A DNA stretch of 64,000 bases, taken from IMG/VR virus record IMGVR_UViG_3300045988_144476; one strand, given 5' to 3'. Positions 44,407 to 55,124 of the stretch are shown piece after piece. Origin of the DNA: a virus. Within the stretch, counting starts at the first letter, position 1. Each line of letters opens with the position of its first letter. The translations under genes were made by a program, and so were the position numbers. The notes below the pieces were generated by a model. The model did not search any database. It was not told the DNA's origin and was given only the letters and a program-made list of their open reading frames with translations.

Positions 44407-47400
44407 TTATCTGTTACGTCCTGTCAGTTTCATCATGTCTTTTCTCATGTATTTACTATAATCATTCATAACAGTGTTACTTACCTCTTTGGCAAGTTTC
44501 TTAACATCAACATCACTGCTGATACTATCAACATTGATCGTAACATTGCTATTGAATGTATTTTCCTGATTTGAAGCAGGAATATTAGGTAATTTACCGG
44601 AAAGCATATCATTAAACTGACTCATTGTTGCCGTTGCGGGTTTTAACTGCTTTGTAAATTCCTGAGTAAGGATAGTTTCTCCAGGATTAATTGGAGCAAA
44701 TCCAGTATCGCCATTCTTAAGAATTGCGTCACCTAAGAATGAATTTGCATCTGCCGGTATAAGTTGACGAACAACTCCACCTTTAGAGAATCCATATCCT
44801 TTTAATTCTTTAAGAATTTTATCCTTCCATGATTTCTTCCAGTCTTTATATGGTTTACTTGCAATATAGTTATGACCAAGGATTTTAGCTACCTGTTCAA
44901 AATCCTTCTGACCTACTTTTTTATTTTTCTTCCAGAAATAATAATAGAAATCATGGTGTTTTTCTTTAAATTTGCTGCTTGTAACCTTTCCGGTGGGAAC
45001 ACTATTATACCATTCCTGAAGTTTAGACTTTGTATTTGCAGCTGATTCAACAGCGGCTTTAGCCTTTTGAGCAGCAGCAGCGGCAGCTTCAGCTTGTTCT
45101 CTTGCTTGTCTTTGCTCAATAGTCTCAACTGTTAGATTCGATCCAGAAGGATCCTGACTATTTAAAGCATTATTAACAGCATTATCAGATCCACTCTTGT
45201 CAGGACGCTGACTATCAATCTCGTCCGTATTTGTTTTTGGAACATTTGTAGGTATTTCACTGATAGTTTTATTTGTTAATTGTGCCTTTTTAATAAGGTC
45301 ATCAAACATATCAGAAGTCTTATATCCAGTATCTTCAATAGTTTTCTGAATATTACTATACGCATCAGAATAGGAATTCTGTACTTCTTTAAGCATGTTA
45401 TTAATAACAGACTTCTGAAGCTCTGTATTAGACTTGACAGCCTGAAGTGTTTTATCAAGTGCATCATTGGCCTGCTCAGATAAATTATCATATCCTTTAG
45501 ATTCTAAATCGATTTGGTGTTCATATTTAGTATCTGCCAGATCATCCTCTTTATCTTTAAGATCTGCTTTAAGTTGTGCAAGACGAGCTTTTGCTGATGC
45601 ATTTGTTGTACCTTCAAGAGCAGCAATTTGTGCTTTGAGTGTGTCGATATCCTTATTCTTATCTTTTAAAGTCTTATCATAGTCATAATAATCTTTTTTA
45701 GCACTAAGGGCATCTTTACGCTTATCAATATTATCCTGTAAGGACTTATTAACTTTAGTGATCTGGTCTTCATAAGCCTTAAGCATATTCTGTTGGCTGC
45801 TATAGAGACTCTTAGAAGCTTTATTGATATTAGAAACAGCATCTTTGGTAGCATCTTCATACTCATCAAGAGTTATCATATGATTGTCATACAACTCCTG
45901 AACTTCAGATAATTGTTGTCTATAATCAACGATCTGCTGTTTATAAGCGTCCATTTCTTTGCTAATTAACAAGATATTAGATAATCCCTGTTTTGTGAAT
46001 GAACCATCGTCATTCAGGAATGTATCAGAATCCATCATATCCTGAAGATCGTTTAGATTATCAATATAATCATTCAGATCATCCTGGATGTCACTAAATG
46101 CTTTAAATCTCAGGTCAACAATAGATTTCTTTAATTCCGCTGTACTATTTGCCGTATCAATAATAGAACTATTAATATCAGCTAAATCTTTGGCTAAATC
46201 CTGATACTGAGTAGAATTTTCGCTATATTGACTCATCTGATTAATAATGTCATTTCTTCTATTATTTAAAGCAATAGCGGTTTTATCATTGGTCTTTATA
46301 GCATTTAGATAATCATTTTCGGTCAGATCATTTCCAGAACCTTTATAATTATTTTTTTCTTTATAATCTCTGGAATCAGAAAGCTTATCAGAAGCTCTTT
46401 GATATTTGTCAACTTGCCACTGATCATAAGTAAGTTGGATTTCTTTTAACTTATTTTCATATTCAGCAGTTGATTGTATAATGTCATAATAAGATTTATT
46501 AAGCCCTTCAAGAGTAGCTTTTGCTTCTTTTGTGGCTGTATCATCTGGACCATATTTTTTAGCAAACTCATTATAAGCAGTCTGATACTTCTGAATTTCC
46601 TGATAAATCAAATCTGCTTGTGTCTGATTTGAAGAAATCTGATTTCTGATCGTATTTGTATAATCAGAATTAGGAGCCTGAGATGCACCTTTTTCTTCAC
46701 GAGCAGAATTTAAACTGTCTAAAGTCTCATTGTAAGATGAATAAACCCCAATTAAAGCATCATATCTCTCTGTAATATTGTTAAGTTTCTGCTGGTAGAG
46801 TTCTTTTTCTTTTTGTTTTAATTCCTCTATAGCTTTGTTACAATCATTGATTTTGTCATACCATTTCTGGTAAGCTTCAACCTTTTTCTTGTTATCATCA
46901 GAAAGTTTTGCCAGATCAATTTTACCATTCTTGACTTTATTCTTTAAATCAGCTGATAATCCAATATCTTTTGCAAACTTATCGGATTTCTTGGTGTACA
47001 TTTTAGCACCTTTAGCATAATCCTTCTGAAGTTCCTGATTATCCTTAAGCTGTTTATTGATATAAGTTTCTTTGTTTGCAAGCTTATATGTGTTTTCAGC
47101 TTTAGCAGCATTTAAATCTATACGATTCTCAAGCTTCTTAACTAATCGTTCAAACCAGTCTACAATATCATCAAGATATTTCTTGGAAGAAGATTTAGAT
47201 GAGGATTTATTTTTTTTTCCAGATCCAGATCCTGAACCAGAATTTGAACCAGAAGATTTCTTATTGGAAGAACTAGAAGAAGTAGATTTCCGAGTAGAAG
47301 TGTCTTTAAAATTAAATCCAGTAAGTGCATAAGCATTAGAACCTAATGAACCTTGAGCATAAGCACGAGCATTACTATTTGTTCGTCCATGTTCTAATAA

Positions 47401-50400
47401 ATCTTTTGTTTGGGAAGCATTAAATATAATATCTCCCTTTTTCAGATTTTCGAAATGTGGACCACCTGGTAATAAACTCCACACACCATCACGAACAATA
47501 GATTCCGTACCTACTTCATTTGTAAGGGCAGTCTCATTCTGATTTAAAGCAACATTACCACCTGCATGAGCAGAAGAAAGTGGCTTCAGGTTAAGCATAT
47601 TATAAGCAGTACCATCAGCATGAGCGATTGAGGTCATTGTGCCAGTAGCTTGTACCTTTTTAGTGTATACAGCAGTTCCAAATATTGTAGGAGCAGTTTT
47701 AGGATAACTACCTAAAGTATAATTTGCAGTACCAGATATGTCTGGAGCTGTTGTTGGATGATCACCCATAGTATAATTTGCTTGACCTTTTATATCATCA
47801 GCTACTTTAGGTTCATCACCTTTTTTATAATTTACAGTAATGCTTGCAGGATTTGATTCTATCTGTGATTTAATTGCATCGACATTTCCTACATTACCTT
47901 CTTCTACACCAATTGAAATTTGTACTTCAGGAGGAAGTTGAGCAATTTCATTTACTAATTCTGATACTTTGTCATCTTGCACAATAGCATCAATAGTAAC
48001 ACCTTTTCCTTGAAGTTCAGAAATTCTCGCCTGTAATTGATCTACTAATTCAGCACCTTGAGTTTCGGCTGTAACCTGTACTTTTTTATCATGGATTTGC
48101 TGCAGAAGATCTATTAAAGCCTGAACTTTTTCTGCATCTTCAACATCTCCATCTATTGTAAACTTTGTTTGTTCTTTAGAGAGTTCTTGAATTTTAGATT
48201 CTAGATTGTCGATAGACATAGAATCAGCGTCTATGTCAAGATCAATTTTAGAATTTATTTTTCCATCACTTTGAAGTTGTTTTACATCTTCAAGAGCACT
48301 ATCTGCACTTGCTTTAAGCTCTTCAATTTCTGAAGAGTCAACTTCCGGCTTAAGAACACCCAATCCTTCAAGAGCCTGTACAAGCTGGTCTTTCGTTAAA
48401 CCGGCCTGATTAGCAAGATCTTGTAATGCATCTTCAGCTTGTTCCATACCTTCAACATTGTAAGCACCGTCACCAAGTTGGATTCCTTCAAGATCAGTAG
48501 CAGTATATTGTTTTAGAGCGTTGAAATCAGCTTCAGTTGCTTCTGCATTTGCTTCGTGAGCCTGCTTAACTGCTTCAAGAGAATTCGCATATTCTTTAGC
48601 TGCAGTCGGATCAGAAATTCCCATCTCTTCTGCAGTGAGAGGAGAATCAAATGTTCCAATACCTTTATCGTGTAGCATCTGATTAAAAGCATCTTCGTCA
48701 ACTTCGAACTCAGGAGTTAATTTAATCTTATTATCCTTAGCTAATTGCTGAATACGATCATATAATCCTTGAGCATATTCCTGTTGTGCCGGATCATCTT
48801 TCACCTGTTGGTATTCTTTTGCAAAATCATTAATTGTCTGTTTTGCAGTATTCAGATTTTGCACTTCACGATCAGTTGCGCCATTTACATATGTATCAAG
48901 AGCAGTATTAGCATCATTAACCTGATTCTTTAAATCATCCACAACTTGAGCTTGCTGTTCAATCGCATATTGTGGTGCACCATTGGCAACTAATTCAGAG
49001 TATTTTTCTTGTGCAGAAATAAGATCTTTAGTCTTTTTGGTAACATCAGCCTCTCCTTCGGCTATAGATGAAATATTTGTAACAACTCCACCCATATCTT
49101 CGTAACGGCCAATGTAATCCTTGAATTGTTCTTCACTCATTCCAACTGCTTTGGCTGCAACATCGGAATCAGCAAATGTCATTTGCCATTGTTTAGAGCC
49201 ATCTTCAAGAGTTTTATAAGTAGCAAGTCCTTTTGATTGTAATAAATCAAGGAATTTTAATGGGCCAGATTTATCATCTGTATAATATGGTTTCCACTTA
49301 TTATAATTCTCAATGAAATTATCAGCATCTGTGAATCCATAAGGAGAGAAGTAAGCGGCTTTCTCTTTAAAATCATCTGTACCAATTTCACCATTATCGT
49401 ACATTTCTTTTAAAGATTCTAACTTACTTTTAGTTGCCTTATAATGATCTCCGGCATTTGGAGTGCTTTCAGCATTAATACCCTTTTGCCATTGACTGGT
49501 CTGTTCCTGCATATTTTTATACTGAGCCATATATTCATTTTGAAGATTCTTAAGTTCTTCAAGTTTTTGTTTTTCTGACTCAATAATATTACCATTTGAA
49601 TCGTGGATTTTCTTCTCTTGATCAGCAATCTGAGATGCTAAATCTTTTGAAACCATTTCATTTTGGGCTTCAGAAAGCTCCTGGAATCTATCAGTATTTA
49701 ACTGTAATCCTTTTGCAGATCTTGTAAATAATCCACTTATATCAGTTCCCTGAGCAGTAAGATCACTAAACTGAGTAACAAGATTCTTCACAGAGTCACT
49801 GGTTAATCCAGTTTCACTATTTGTTTCTCCAATAGCAGTACTCAAAGCACTGGTCAGATTTGTAACATCAGTAATAGGAAGATTCTGGATTTCTTCAAGC
49901 CATCCAGCCTGAGAAGCTTTCATATTTTCGATGGACATTTGAGCAGACTGGATTTGATCCTGGTATCCTTTGATCTTCTCATTGTCTTCATCAGTAAGAG
50001 GAGAGATACCTTTACTTTCTCTAATTGTACGGATATTATCCTGGTAATCCTTAATCTGTTTATTCAGATTTGAAATCTGAGCATTACCATTCTCAACAAG
50101 ATTGTTGTAATCCTGTGCAGTTGCTTTCTGATTTAATGCAGATTTATTACTCATTAGGGTCTGCATATCTGAAGCGTCAGTCTGAAGTCTAGTTAAATCT
50201 TTAGAGAGATTTTCAAGATCCTGATCATTCGCATCAAGATGAATTTGTGGACGTAATTCATCAATTTTTGCAATCCATTCATCAAGACTAGCAGTAGCCA
50301 TAGAAGGATCCATAGACAATTTTACAATTGCTTGTTGAGCTACTTTATCACCAGAATATTTATCGAAAAGATTAGTAAGGGTATTTTCTGCATTATCCTT

Positions 50401-52383
50401 TAAGAATTCAGATCCTTTTAAATTTGACCGAACTCGTTTGATTACATCATCCTGAACGTTGCTCATATCAAATCCCGCAGTATTAATACCATCCAAAATA
50501 CTTTGAACATATTTATCTGCAGCAGCTAATTCCTTCGGATCAGTCGTATCTTTTACAGCATCACGAATCTTTCCAATAGCAGTAGAAGCTTTATCGGTTG
50601 CAAGTTTCTGCAAGCCTGTCTGTAAATCATCTGTCTCAGTAGCAAGTTCTGGGAATTGCTGAATAAGATCTGTGATATCAGAACTCTTCATATCACCGGA
50701 TTTCAGGGAATCCATAGCAGTCTTGATATTAGACATACTTGACTGGAAATTATCTGTTACGGTATCAATGTCTGTTGCTGTGTCTTCAGCTGCATTCTTG
50801 AAGAGAGAAGAAAAAGTTTTGGATGTATCTTCGGAAGAAGCTTTAGATTCTTCCATTGCTTTATTCCAATTGGAAGTAAGTGTACCTATTCCCCAATCAT
50901 TCTCTTCAGGATCAAGACCATTATTCTGGAGATAATTCCAGAAAGTTTCTATATCTTTATCTGATTTATCCTTAAAAAATGCATCAGCGATTGAGCCGCC
51001 AGAAGTACTCGGAAGTTTTGACATAAATGCAAAAGTATCTTTAAGATTTTCTTTTACACCTTCAATATTTAATGCTTCCGGATCAGCTATAGCCATGATA
51101 TAAGATGCCAAATCATCTTGTGATACATTTTTATCTCCAAGTGCTGATTTGAGATCAGAATAATCTTTATTACTATTCAGAGCATCAAGAATTCCCTTGG
51201 AACCTTTAGACTTACCAATACTTTCAAGTTTTGTCTGTAAGTCTGCATAATCAGCGAGAGCAAAAAGATTGTTTAGTTTGTCCTCTGTGTCGGAAGATGA
51301 ACCTATGAGATTTGAGTAATTATCAATAAGAGAATTAACCTGGTCAATGGTACCCTGGTATTTCTTATCAAGAACTGTACCATCATCTTTAAGCATACTC
51401 TGTGACTGATCTGAGATATTAGAAATCATTTCAGAAAGTTCTGATTTTTGAGTATCAATACCTTCTTGCTGTCTCTCAAGAGTTTTATTTTCCTCTTCGG
51501 TAATTAGGTCCATATTATCGCTATGACCTTTTTTAATATTTTCATAGGCGGTATCATATCTATCCTGTAGATGTTGGATGTAATCCATTTTTGCCTGAGC
51601 TTCATCAAGATCATTAACATATACTTTGGCTTGTGGATTATAAATTCCACTACCGTCAGAGAAATAATCCTGCTGTAGAGATTTCTTCTTTAGATCTTTT
51701 TGTGCAGCATCTGCCTCAGCAGTTTTGGCACTGTCAGCTAATTTTTGTTTCAATGATACTTGGGCACCAAGAAGTTCATTCTGATCCTGAAGAGTATTTA
51801 ATTCTTGACTCTCTTCTAGTGATCTGTTTTCTTTTGCTCGAAGCTCTTGAATACGATCTTGATTAGTTGCGTATGCAGATTGTGCGGTTTCAAGATCAGA
51901 TTGAGCTGTTTCATTCTTCTCTTGAGCTTTTTGGTATTTCTTTGTGGTGGTTGCTTTTGTAAGATCAAATTGATTATCAAGACCTTTCCATGTAGCTGTA
52001 ACTGCTGCAATGCCTAATGAAAGAATTAATTCTGGAGCAATTGCTTTAAGCACAGATCCAATACCGGATAATACACCACTAGCTTTTCCAGTGACTCCTT
52101 TAGAACCAAATAAGAAACTTTTAATGTCTACAGTTTTGGTAGCATTGTCAAGAGCCTTTTCAACCTCTTCTTTGGTATGCTCTTCACCAAATTTATTCTT
52201 AACAGCTTCAAAAATCTGATCTGTTGATAGGAATTTTTGATTGCCTTTTCTATCGGTGTTTACACGATAAGCCCATTTCATTGCTGTCTCAAAATCTGAG
52301 AATCCACCAAATGCCGCATTTAAATCTTCTTTTGTACCTGTTTTAAATGCATTTTTTAGTTTTCCGATTTTACTTAATGACAT
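44407..52383 (-). CDS. Tape measure protein, distal part (2658 aa)
   Basis: Hydrophobic GIGSVLKAIAPELILSLGIAAV near the N-terminus, very long coiled coils, and a Ser/Gly/Lys linker. C-terminal TMP-type motifs (GTESIVRDGVWSLLPGG; GGVVRQLIPAD...INPGETILTQ). No Shine-Dalgarno precedes the ATG. Confidence 0.8.
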   Translation of the reverse strand: MSLSKIGKLKNAFKTGTKEDLNAAFGGFSDFETAMKWAYRVNTDRKGNQKFLSTDQIFEAVKNKFGEEHTKEEVEKALDNATKTVDIKSFLFGSKGVTGKASGVLSGIGSVLKAIAPELILSLGIAAVTATWKGLDNQFDLTKATTTKKYQKAQEKNETAQSDLETAQSAYATNQDRIQELRAKENRSLEESQELNTLQDQNELLGAQVSLKQKLADSAKTAEADAAQKDLKKKSLQQDYFSDGSGIYNPQAKVYVNDLDEAQAKMDYIQHLQDRYDTAYENIKKGHSDNMDLITEEENKTLERQQEGIDTQKSELSEMISNISDQSQSMLKDDGTVLDKKYQGTIDQVNSLIDNYSNLIGSSSDTEDKLNNLFALADYADLQTKLESIGKSKGSKGILDALNSNKDYSDLKSALGDKNVSQDDLASYIMAIADPEALNIEGVKENLKDTFAFMSKLPSTSGGSIADAFFKDKSDKDIETFWNYLQNNGLDPEENDWGIGTLTSNWNKAMEESKASSEDTSKTFSSLFKNAAEDTATDIDTVTDNFQSSMSNIKTAMDSLKSGDMKSSDITDLIQQFPELATETDDLQTGLQKLATDKASTAIGKIRDAVKDTTDPKELAAADKYVQSILDGINTAGFDMSNVQDDVIKRVRSNLKGSEFLKDNAENTLTNLFDKYSGDKVAQQAIVKLSMDPSMATASLDEWIAKIDELRPQIHLDANDQDLENLSKDLTRLQTDASDMQTLMSNKSALNQKATAQDYNNLVENGNAQISNLNKQIKDYQDNIRTIRESKGISPLTDEDNEKIKGYQDQIQSAQMSIENMKASQAGWLEEIQNLPITDVTNLTSALSTAIGETNSETGLTSDSVKNLVTQFSDLTAQGTDISGLFTRSAKGLQLNTDRFQELSEAQNEMVSKDLASQIADQEKKIHDSNGNIIESEKQKLEELKNLQNEYMAQYKNMQEQTSQWQKGINAESTPNAGDHYKATKSKLESLKEMYDNGEIGTDDFKEKAAYFSPYGFTDADNFIENYNKWKPYYTDDKSGPLKFLDLLQSKGLATYKTLEDGSKQWQMTFADSDVAAKAVGMSEEQFKDYIGRYEDMGGVVTNISSIAEGEADVTKKTKDLISAQEKYSELVANGAPQYAIEQQAQVVDDLKNQVNDANTALDTYVNGATDREVQNLNTAKQTINDFAKEYQQVKDDPAQQEYAQGLYDRIQQLAKDNKIKLTPEFEVDEDAFNQMLHDKGIGTFDSPLTAEEMGISDPTAAKEYANSLEAVKQAHEANAEATEADFNALKQYTATDLEGIQLGDGAYNVEGMEQAEDALQDLANQAGLTKDQLVQALEGLGVLKPEVDSSEIEELKASADSALEDVKQLQSDGKINSKIDLDIDADSMSIDNLESKIQELSKEQTKFTIDGDVEDAEKVQALIDLLQQIHDKKVQVTAETQGAELVDQLQARISELQGKGVTIDAIVQDDKVSELVNEIAQLPPEVQISIGVEEGNVGNVDAIKSQIESNPASITVNYKKGDEPKVADDIKGQANYTMGDHPTTAPDISGTANYTLGSYPKTAPTIFGTAVYTKKVQATGTMTSIAHADGTAYNMLNLKPLSSAHAGGNVALNQNETALTNEVGTESIVRDGVWSLLPGGPHFENLKKGDIIFNASQTKDLLEHGRTNSNARAYAQGSLGSNAYALTGFNFKDTSTRKSTSSSSSNKKSSGSNSGSGSGSGKKNKSSSKSSSKKYLDDIVDWFERLVKKLENRIDLNAAKAENTYKLANKETYINKQLKDNQELQKDYAKGAKMYTKKSDKFAKDIGLSADLKNKVKNGKIDLAKLSDDNKKKVEAYQKWYDKINDCNKAIEELKQKEKELYQQKLNNITERYDALIGVYSSYNETLDSLNSAREEKGASQAPNSDYTNTIRNQISSNQTQADLIYQEIQKYQTAYNEFAKKYGPDDTATKEAKATLEGLNKSYYDIIQSTAEYENKLKEIQLTYDQWQVDKYQRASDKLSDSRDYKEKNNYKGSGNDLTENDYLNAIKTNDKTAIALNNRRNDIINQMSQYSENSTQYQDLAKDLADINSSIIDTANSTAELKKSIVDLRFKAFSDIQDDLNDYIDNLNDLQDMMDSDTFLNDDGSFTKQGLSNILLISKEMDAYKQQIVDYRQQLSEVQELYDNHMITLDEYEDATKDAVSNINKASKSLYSSQQNMLKAYEDQITKVNKSLQDNIDKRKDALSAKKDYYDYDKTLKDKNKDIDTLKAQIAALEGTTNASAKARLAQLKADLKDKEDDLADTKYEHQIDLESKGYDNLSEQANDALDKTLQAVKSNTELQKSVINNMLKEVQNSYSDAYSNIQKTIEDTGYKTSDMFDDLIKKAQLTNKTISEIPTNVPKTNTDEIDSQRPDKSGSDNAVNNALNSQDPSGSNLTVETIEQRQAREQAEAAAAAAQKAKAAVESAANTKSKLQEWYNSVPTGKVTSSKFKEKHHDFYYYFWKKNKKVGQKDFEQVAKILGHNYIASKPYKDWKKSWKDKILKELKGYGFSKGGVVRQLIPADANSFLGDAILKNGDTGFAPINPGETILTQEFTKQLKPATATMSQFNDMLSGKLPNIPASNQENTFNSNVTINVDSISSDVDVKKLAKEVSNTVMNDYSKYMRKDMMKLTGRNR
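52338..52347. repeat. 10-bp direct repeat, left copy (ctgttttaaa)
   Basis: Identical 10-mer at 55997-56006. Both copies encode F-K-T in the same codon phase of the two tape-measure ORFs. Confidence 0.4.
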
Positions 52384-52405
52384 GTATAAAATTATCAGGT
52401 ATAAT
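52377..52405 (+). promoter_or_regulatory. Sigma70-type promoter of the cassette
   Basis: ATGACA-17 nt-TATAAT. The -35 overlaps the ATG of the distal tape-measure ORF on the other strand. Confidence 0.55.
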
Positions 52406-52436
52406 GATGTTATAAAGATGCAAAGGAGAGATTAAA

Positions 52437-53024
52437 ATGGCTTTAATAAAATGTCCTGAATGTGGTAAGGAAGTTTCCAATAAAGCTCCAGCGTGCATAC
52501 ATTGTGGTTTCCCATTGAGTGAACTCAAAAAAGAAGGCACTTGTAAAATAAATGATCAAGAAGTTGATCTGATAAGGATCAAAAAATTATATGATTCATT
52601 ACCAGATGAATGTAAAAAAATTATATATAAAAGTTGTCGAACAAACGCAACAAAAACAGAAAAATATATTTGTTCATGTTCTCCGGATACATATACTGTA
52701 GAAGAAAGTAATAAAATTTATGATATTTATATGGATATGATATTTCCAATCCAAAAACAATTTAATTGGTTTGGTGCTAATGAGTATTTAGTTCACAGAT
52801 TCCTTGTAGAATGCATCGATCACAACTTTGAATACTTTGAGTTCAATACCTCAGATTATCCTTCTCCCGGATCTCAAAATCAACTTCGTTGTCCAAAATG
52901 TGGTTCAACTTCAATCGTTCCAGAAAAAAGAGGATACGATATTATGTGGGGATTTTTAGGATCTGAGAGAATCGTATATAATGTATGTCAGAAGTGTGGA
53001 CATAAGTGGAAGCCTGGAAAATAA
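52437..53024 (+). CDS. Double zinc-ribbon protein (195 aa)
   Basis: RBS AAAGGAGAG. N-terminal CPECG...CIHCG and C-terminal CPKCG...CQKCG. Confidence 0.65.
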   Translation: MALIKCPECGKEVSNKAPACIHCGFPLSELKKEGTCKINDQEVDLIRIKKLYDSLPDECKKIIYKSCRTNATKTEKYICSCSPDTYTVEESNKIYDIYMDMIFPIQKQFNWFGANEYLVHRFLVECIDHNFEYFEFNTSDYPSPGSQNQLRCPKCGSTSIVPEKRGYDIMWGFLGSERIVYNVCQKCGHKWKPGK

Positions 53025-53047
53025 GGAGCAGTTACTTAATTGTTTTG

Positions 53048-53200
53048 TCAATCATATGTATAACGCATTTTTGGAATGCCAGAATCATTCAAACGAGAAT
53101 TAATAATTTGCTGTAATTTTTCTTGCTCTTTTTCAAATTGCCACCAGTAGATTACTTTTAGTATATTTTGATGTTTTGGTGTGGGTATAAGGTATAACAT
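53048..53200 (-). CDS. Possible small ORF (50 aa)
   Basis: Below the track cut-off: MLYLIPTPKHQNILKVIYWWQFEKEQEKLQQIINSRLNDSGIPKMRYTYD. Only a weak RBS. Confidence 0.3.
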   Translation of the reverse strand: MLYLIPTPKHQNILKVIYWWQFEKEQEKLQQIINSRLNDSGIPKMRYTYD

Positions 53201-53277
53201 GTTGATCAGCTCACTTTCAAGAGGGAATAATGAATATAAGAAAAATAAAGAAAACGATATATATACAACCGATATAA

Positions 53278-53442
53278 TTATTCACTTATGTCATGTTTTT
53301 GGTCTTGACAATCTGTATCTGATGAAGTGACCGGTATAAAACATTGAGTGAATATATATTTACAAAGTTCTTCTGTGTTTGTTTCAGTTATAGGCATACT
53401 GTCTGAATAAATGGTAGACACTTGTTCTGATTGTGTATTCAA
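53278..53442 (-). CDS. Possible small acidic ORF (54 aa)
   Basis: Below the track cut-off. TTG start 6 nt after GAGGTG. MNTQSEQVSTIYSDSMPITETNTEELCKYIFTQCFIPVTSSDTDCQDQKHDISE. Confidence 0.4.
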   Translation of the reverse strand: MNTQSEQVSTIYSDSMPITETNTEELCKYIFTQCFIPVTSSDTDCQDQKHDISE

Positions 53443-53504
53443 TTAAATCACCTCGATTCTAATAAAAGTGTGGTTATAAGTGGTGGCTGGGGAGATAAAT
53501 AATT

Positions 53505-54320
53505 ATGTATATTGATACCTATGATACTAATAACGAAGATGAAAGATTTAAAAAATATGTAGAAATTCTTAAATCCCATGATCAGCTAAAAAAATCATTA
53601 TGGAATAAGCTTAATACTCCAGAAGTGTTAAAATTAGAAGAAGAATCAGATACTCTTTTTAAAGAATATATGAAACTAGATAGAAAACTTCAAAGAGAGG
53701 TTGCGTTTTATAATAGTTATTTGAAATCTGATTCTGATTGTATAGATTATTGCGATGTAAAATTTCATGAAGATCTAGATTTTAATCTTCCTGAAGAAAT
53801 TCAAGAGTTGGCTAATACATTTCATAAGAAAGATAAAGAATATAGTTGTGCTTGTAATGCCCACAAAGAAGCATTATGTAAAAATTTTGTAAAGCTAATA
53901 TCAGATATTACTCCTGAAAATTGTTTTAGAGATAATTCATTTGGAAGTACTCGTGATGTCTTCTCAGATTTTTATAATTCATGCAAACCATTCATGATCC
54001 TTAACATGGGGTTATACGAGCTTATTATAGTTCAAGATATTTTTACAGATAAGTATCATCATACAAATTATTCTATTACTATGTATGAATTGAAAAACAT
54101 GTCAAACTTTGATGTAAAAGTAAGATGTGAAAAGTTCTTCGATCAATTTAATAAAGAATTAGAACCATATCGACAAAACTTACGTTCTAACTTCGAACAT
54201 AAAACTCCTGTTCTGACACCTTTTAAAGATGCATATACTCTTTTTGCTCAGACCAGATCAGAAGAATATGGCAGAACTAGACAATATCTGATTATTGGAT
54301 GTGTGGTGTATCAAAAATAG
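53505..54320 (+). CDS. Hypothetical protein (271 aa)
   Basis: RBS GGGGAG. No recognisable motif. Confidence 0.6.
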   Translation: MYIDTYDTNNEDERFKKYVEILKSHDQLKKSLWNKLNTPEVLKLEEESDTLFKEYMKLDRKLQREVAFYNSYLKSDSDCIDYCDVKFHEDLDFNLPEEIQELANTFHKKDKEYSCACNAHKEALCKNFVKLISDITPENCFRDNSFGSTRDVFSDFYNSCKPFMILNMGLYELIIVQDIFTDKYHHTNYSITMYELKNMSNFDVKVRCEKFFDQFNKELEPYRQNLRSNFEHKTPVLTPFKDAYTLFAQTRSEEYGRTRQYLIIGCVVYQK

Positions 54321-54365
54321 CAGAAAATACGTTCTGATTTACATATTATATGAAAATGGTATAAT
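54321..54365 (+). promoter_or_regulatory. Operator/promoter copy 1
   Basis: cagaaaatacgttctgatttaca (CAGAA-N6-TTCTG palindrome abutting -35 TTTACA), 16-nt spacer, then extended -10 TGgTATAAT. Confidence 0.6.
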
Positions 54366-54371
54366 TTACCA

Positions 54372-54555
54372 TGTAGATGGTGAGTGTACGCACCGCCCAC
54401 CTGTGCGTATCTACAAGCAACCCGTTAACCTATACACCATGAGAAAGTAGAGGTGTATGCTTATTTCCAGGAGTCTACATGATTCTGGTAGTCGTATCAA
54501 GTTCATCTTAGCTTCCAAACAAATAGTGAATCCGTCACTAGATTGGAGGTGAAAG
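54372..54555 (+). ncRNA. About 185-nt structured 5' leader of peptide 1 (class unknown)
   Basis: Nested stems gtaga/tctac plus tacgcac/gtgcgta, atacacc/ggtgtat and ccagga/ttctgg. CCACCT (54397-54402) is complementary to SD AGGTG. Confidence 0.4.
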
Positions 54556-54738
54556 ATGAATAATAATGATCGACTATTTAAGCTTGCAAGTTTAACACTT
54601 TTCTTGGTAGTTATAGTAGCTATAGTTTGGATAATTCTAGACCATAATCCAATCGTTTTAAAGGCAACTATTAACATATTGAAATTTTCTGCTGAGATTA
54701 GTTGCGAGTTTGCAAGCGTTGCATCAGGCTGCAATTAA
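54556..54738 (+). CDS. Small membrane peptide 1 (60 aa), type I toxin-like architecture
   Basis: GGAGGTG RBS. N-terminal TM helix LASLTLFLVVIVAIVWIIL and a polar tail. Confidence 0.55.
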   Translation: MNNNDRLFKLASLTLFLVVIVAIVWIILDHNPIVLKATINILKFSAEISCEFASVASGCN

Positions 54739-55072
54739 GTTGACCGTGGGTCGTTTATAGCCTGAGAATCAGAGGGTAATTCCTTTGATGTAAAACGGTG
54801 CCTTTTGCTCCAACAAGAGGTACCGTTATCAATAGAAATACCATGACATTTTACAATATCAGATTTTATTATTTGAGATTTCTCTTTGCTTATAAACAGC
54901 GAATCTAATTTATTATTCATAATAGTTCCTTTTATCCATTTTATTATATATTTGAAAATAAAGCTCCTGGATATTCCAAGAGCTTTGTTATCGGCAATCG
55001 TTCACGATTATTTTTTAAACAGGGGAGTGCCCGGATCAGCCGATATGATTCCCTCAGCATGTGAGCCTGTTA

Positions 55073-55118
55073 CAGAAAATATGTTCTGATTTACAAAAAT
55101 ACCAAATATTGGTAATAT
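55073..55118 (+). promoter_or_regulatory. Operator/promoter copy 2
   Basis: cagaaaatatgttctgatttaca (22 of 23 identical to copy 1), 17-nt spacer, then extended -10 TGgTAATAT. Confidence 0.6.
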
Positions 55119-55124
55119 ACCAAT

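Noticed and set aside
54372-54555. NAD+-class riboswitch in leader 1 (CAACCC string)
   Set aside because: Only a 6-nt resemblance. The tandem bulged-stem architecture was not recognisable, and the downstream gene is a small membrane peptide.
54735-54920. 61-aa - strand ORF convergent with peptide 1
   Set aside because: It has a weak RBS and I found no upstream promoter. It might instead mark an antisense RNA overlapping the 3' end of the peptide-1 mRNA (txpA/ratA-like), but I cannot support either reading from sequence alone.
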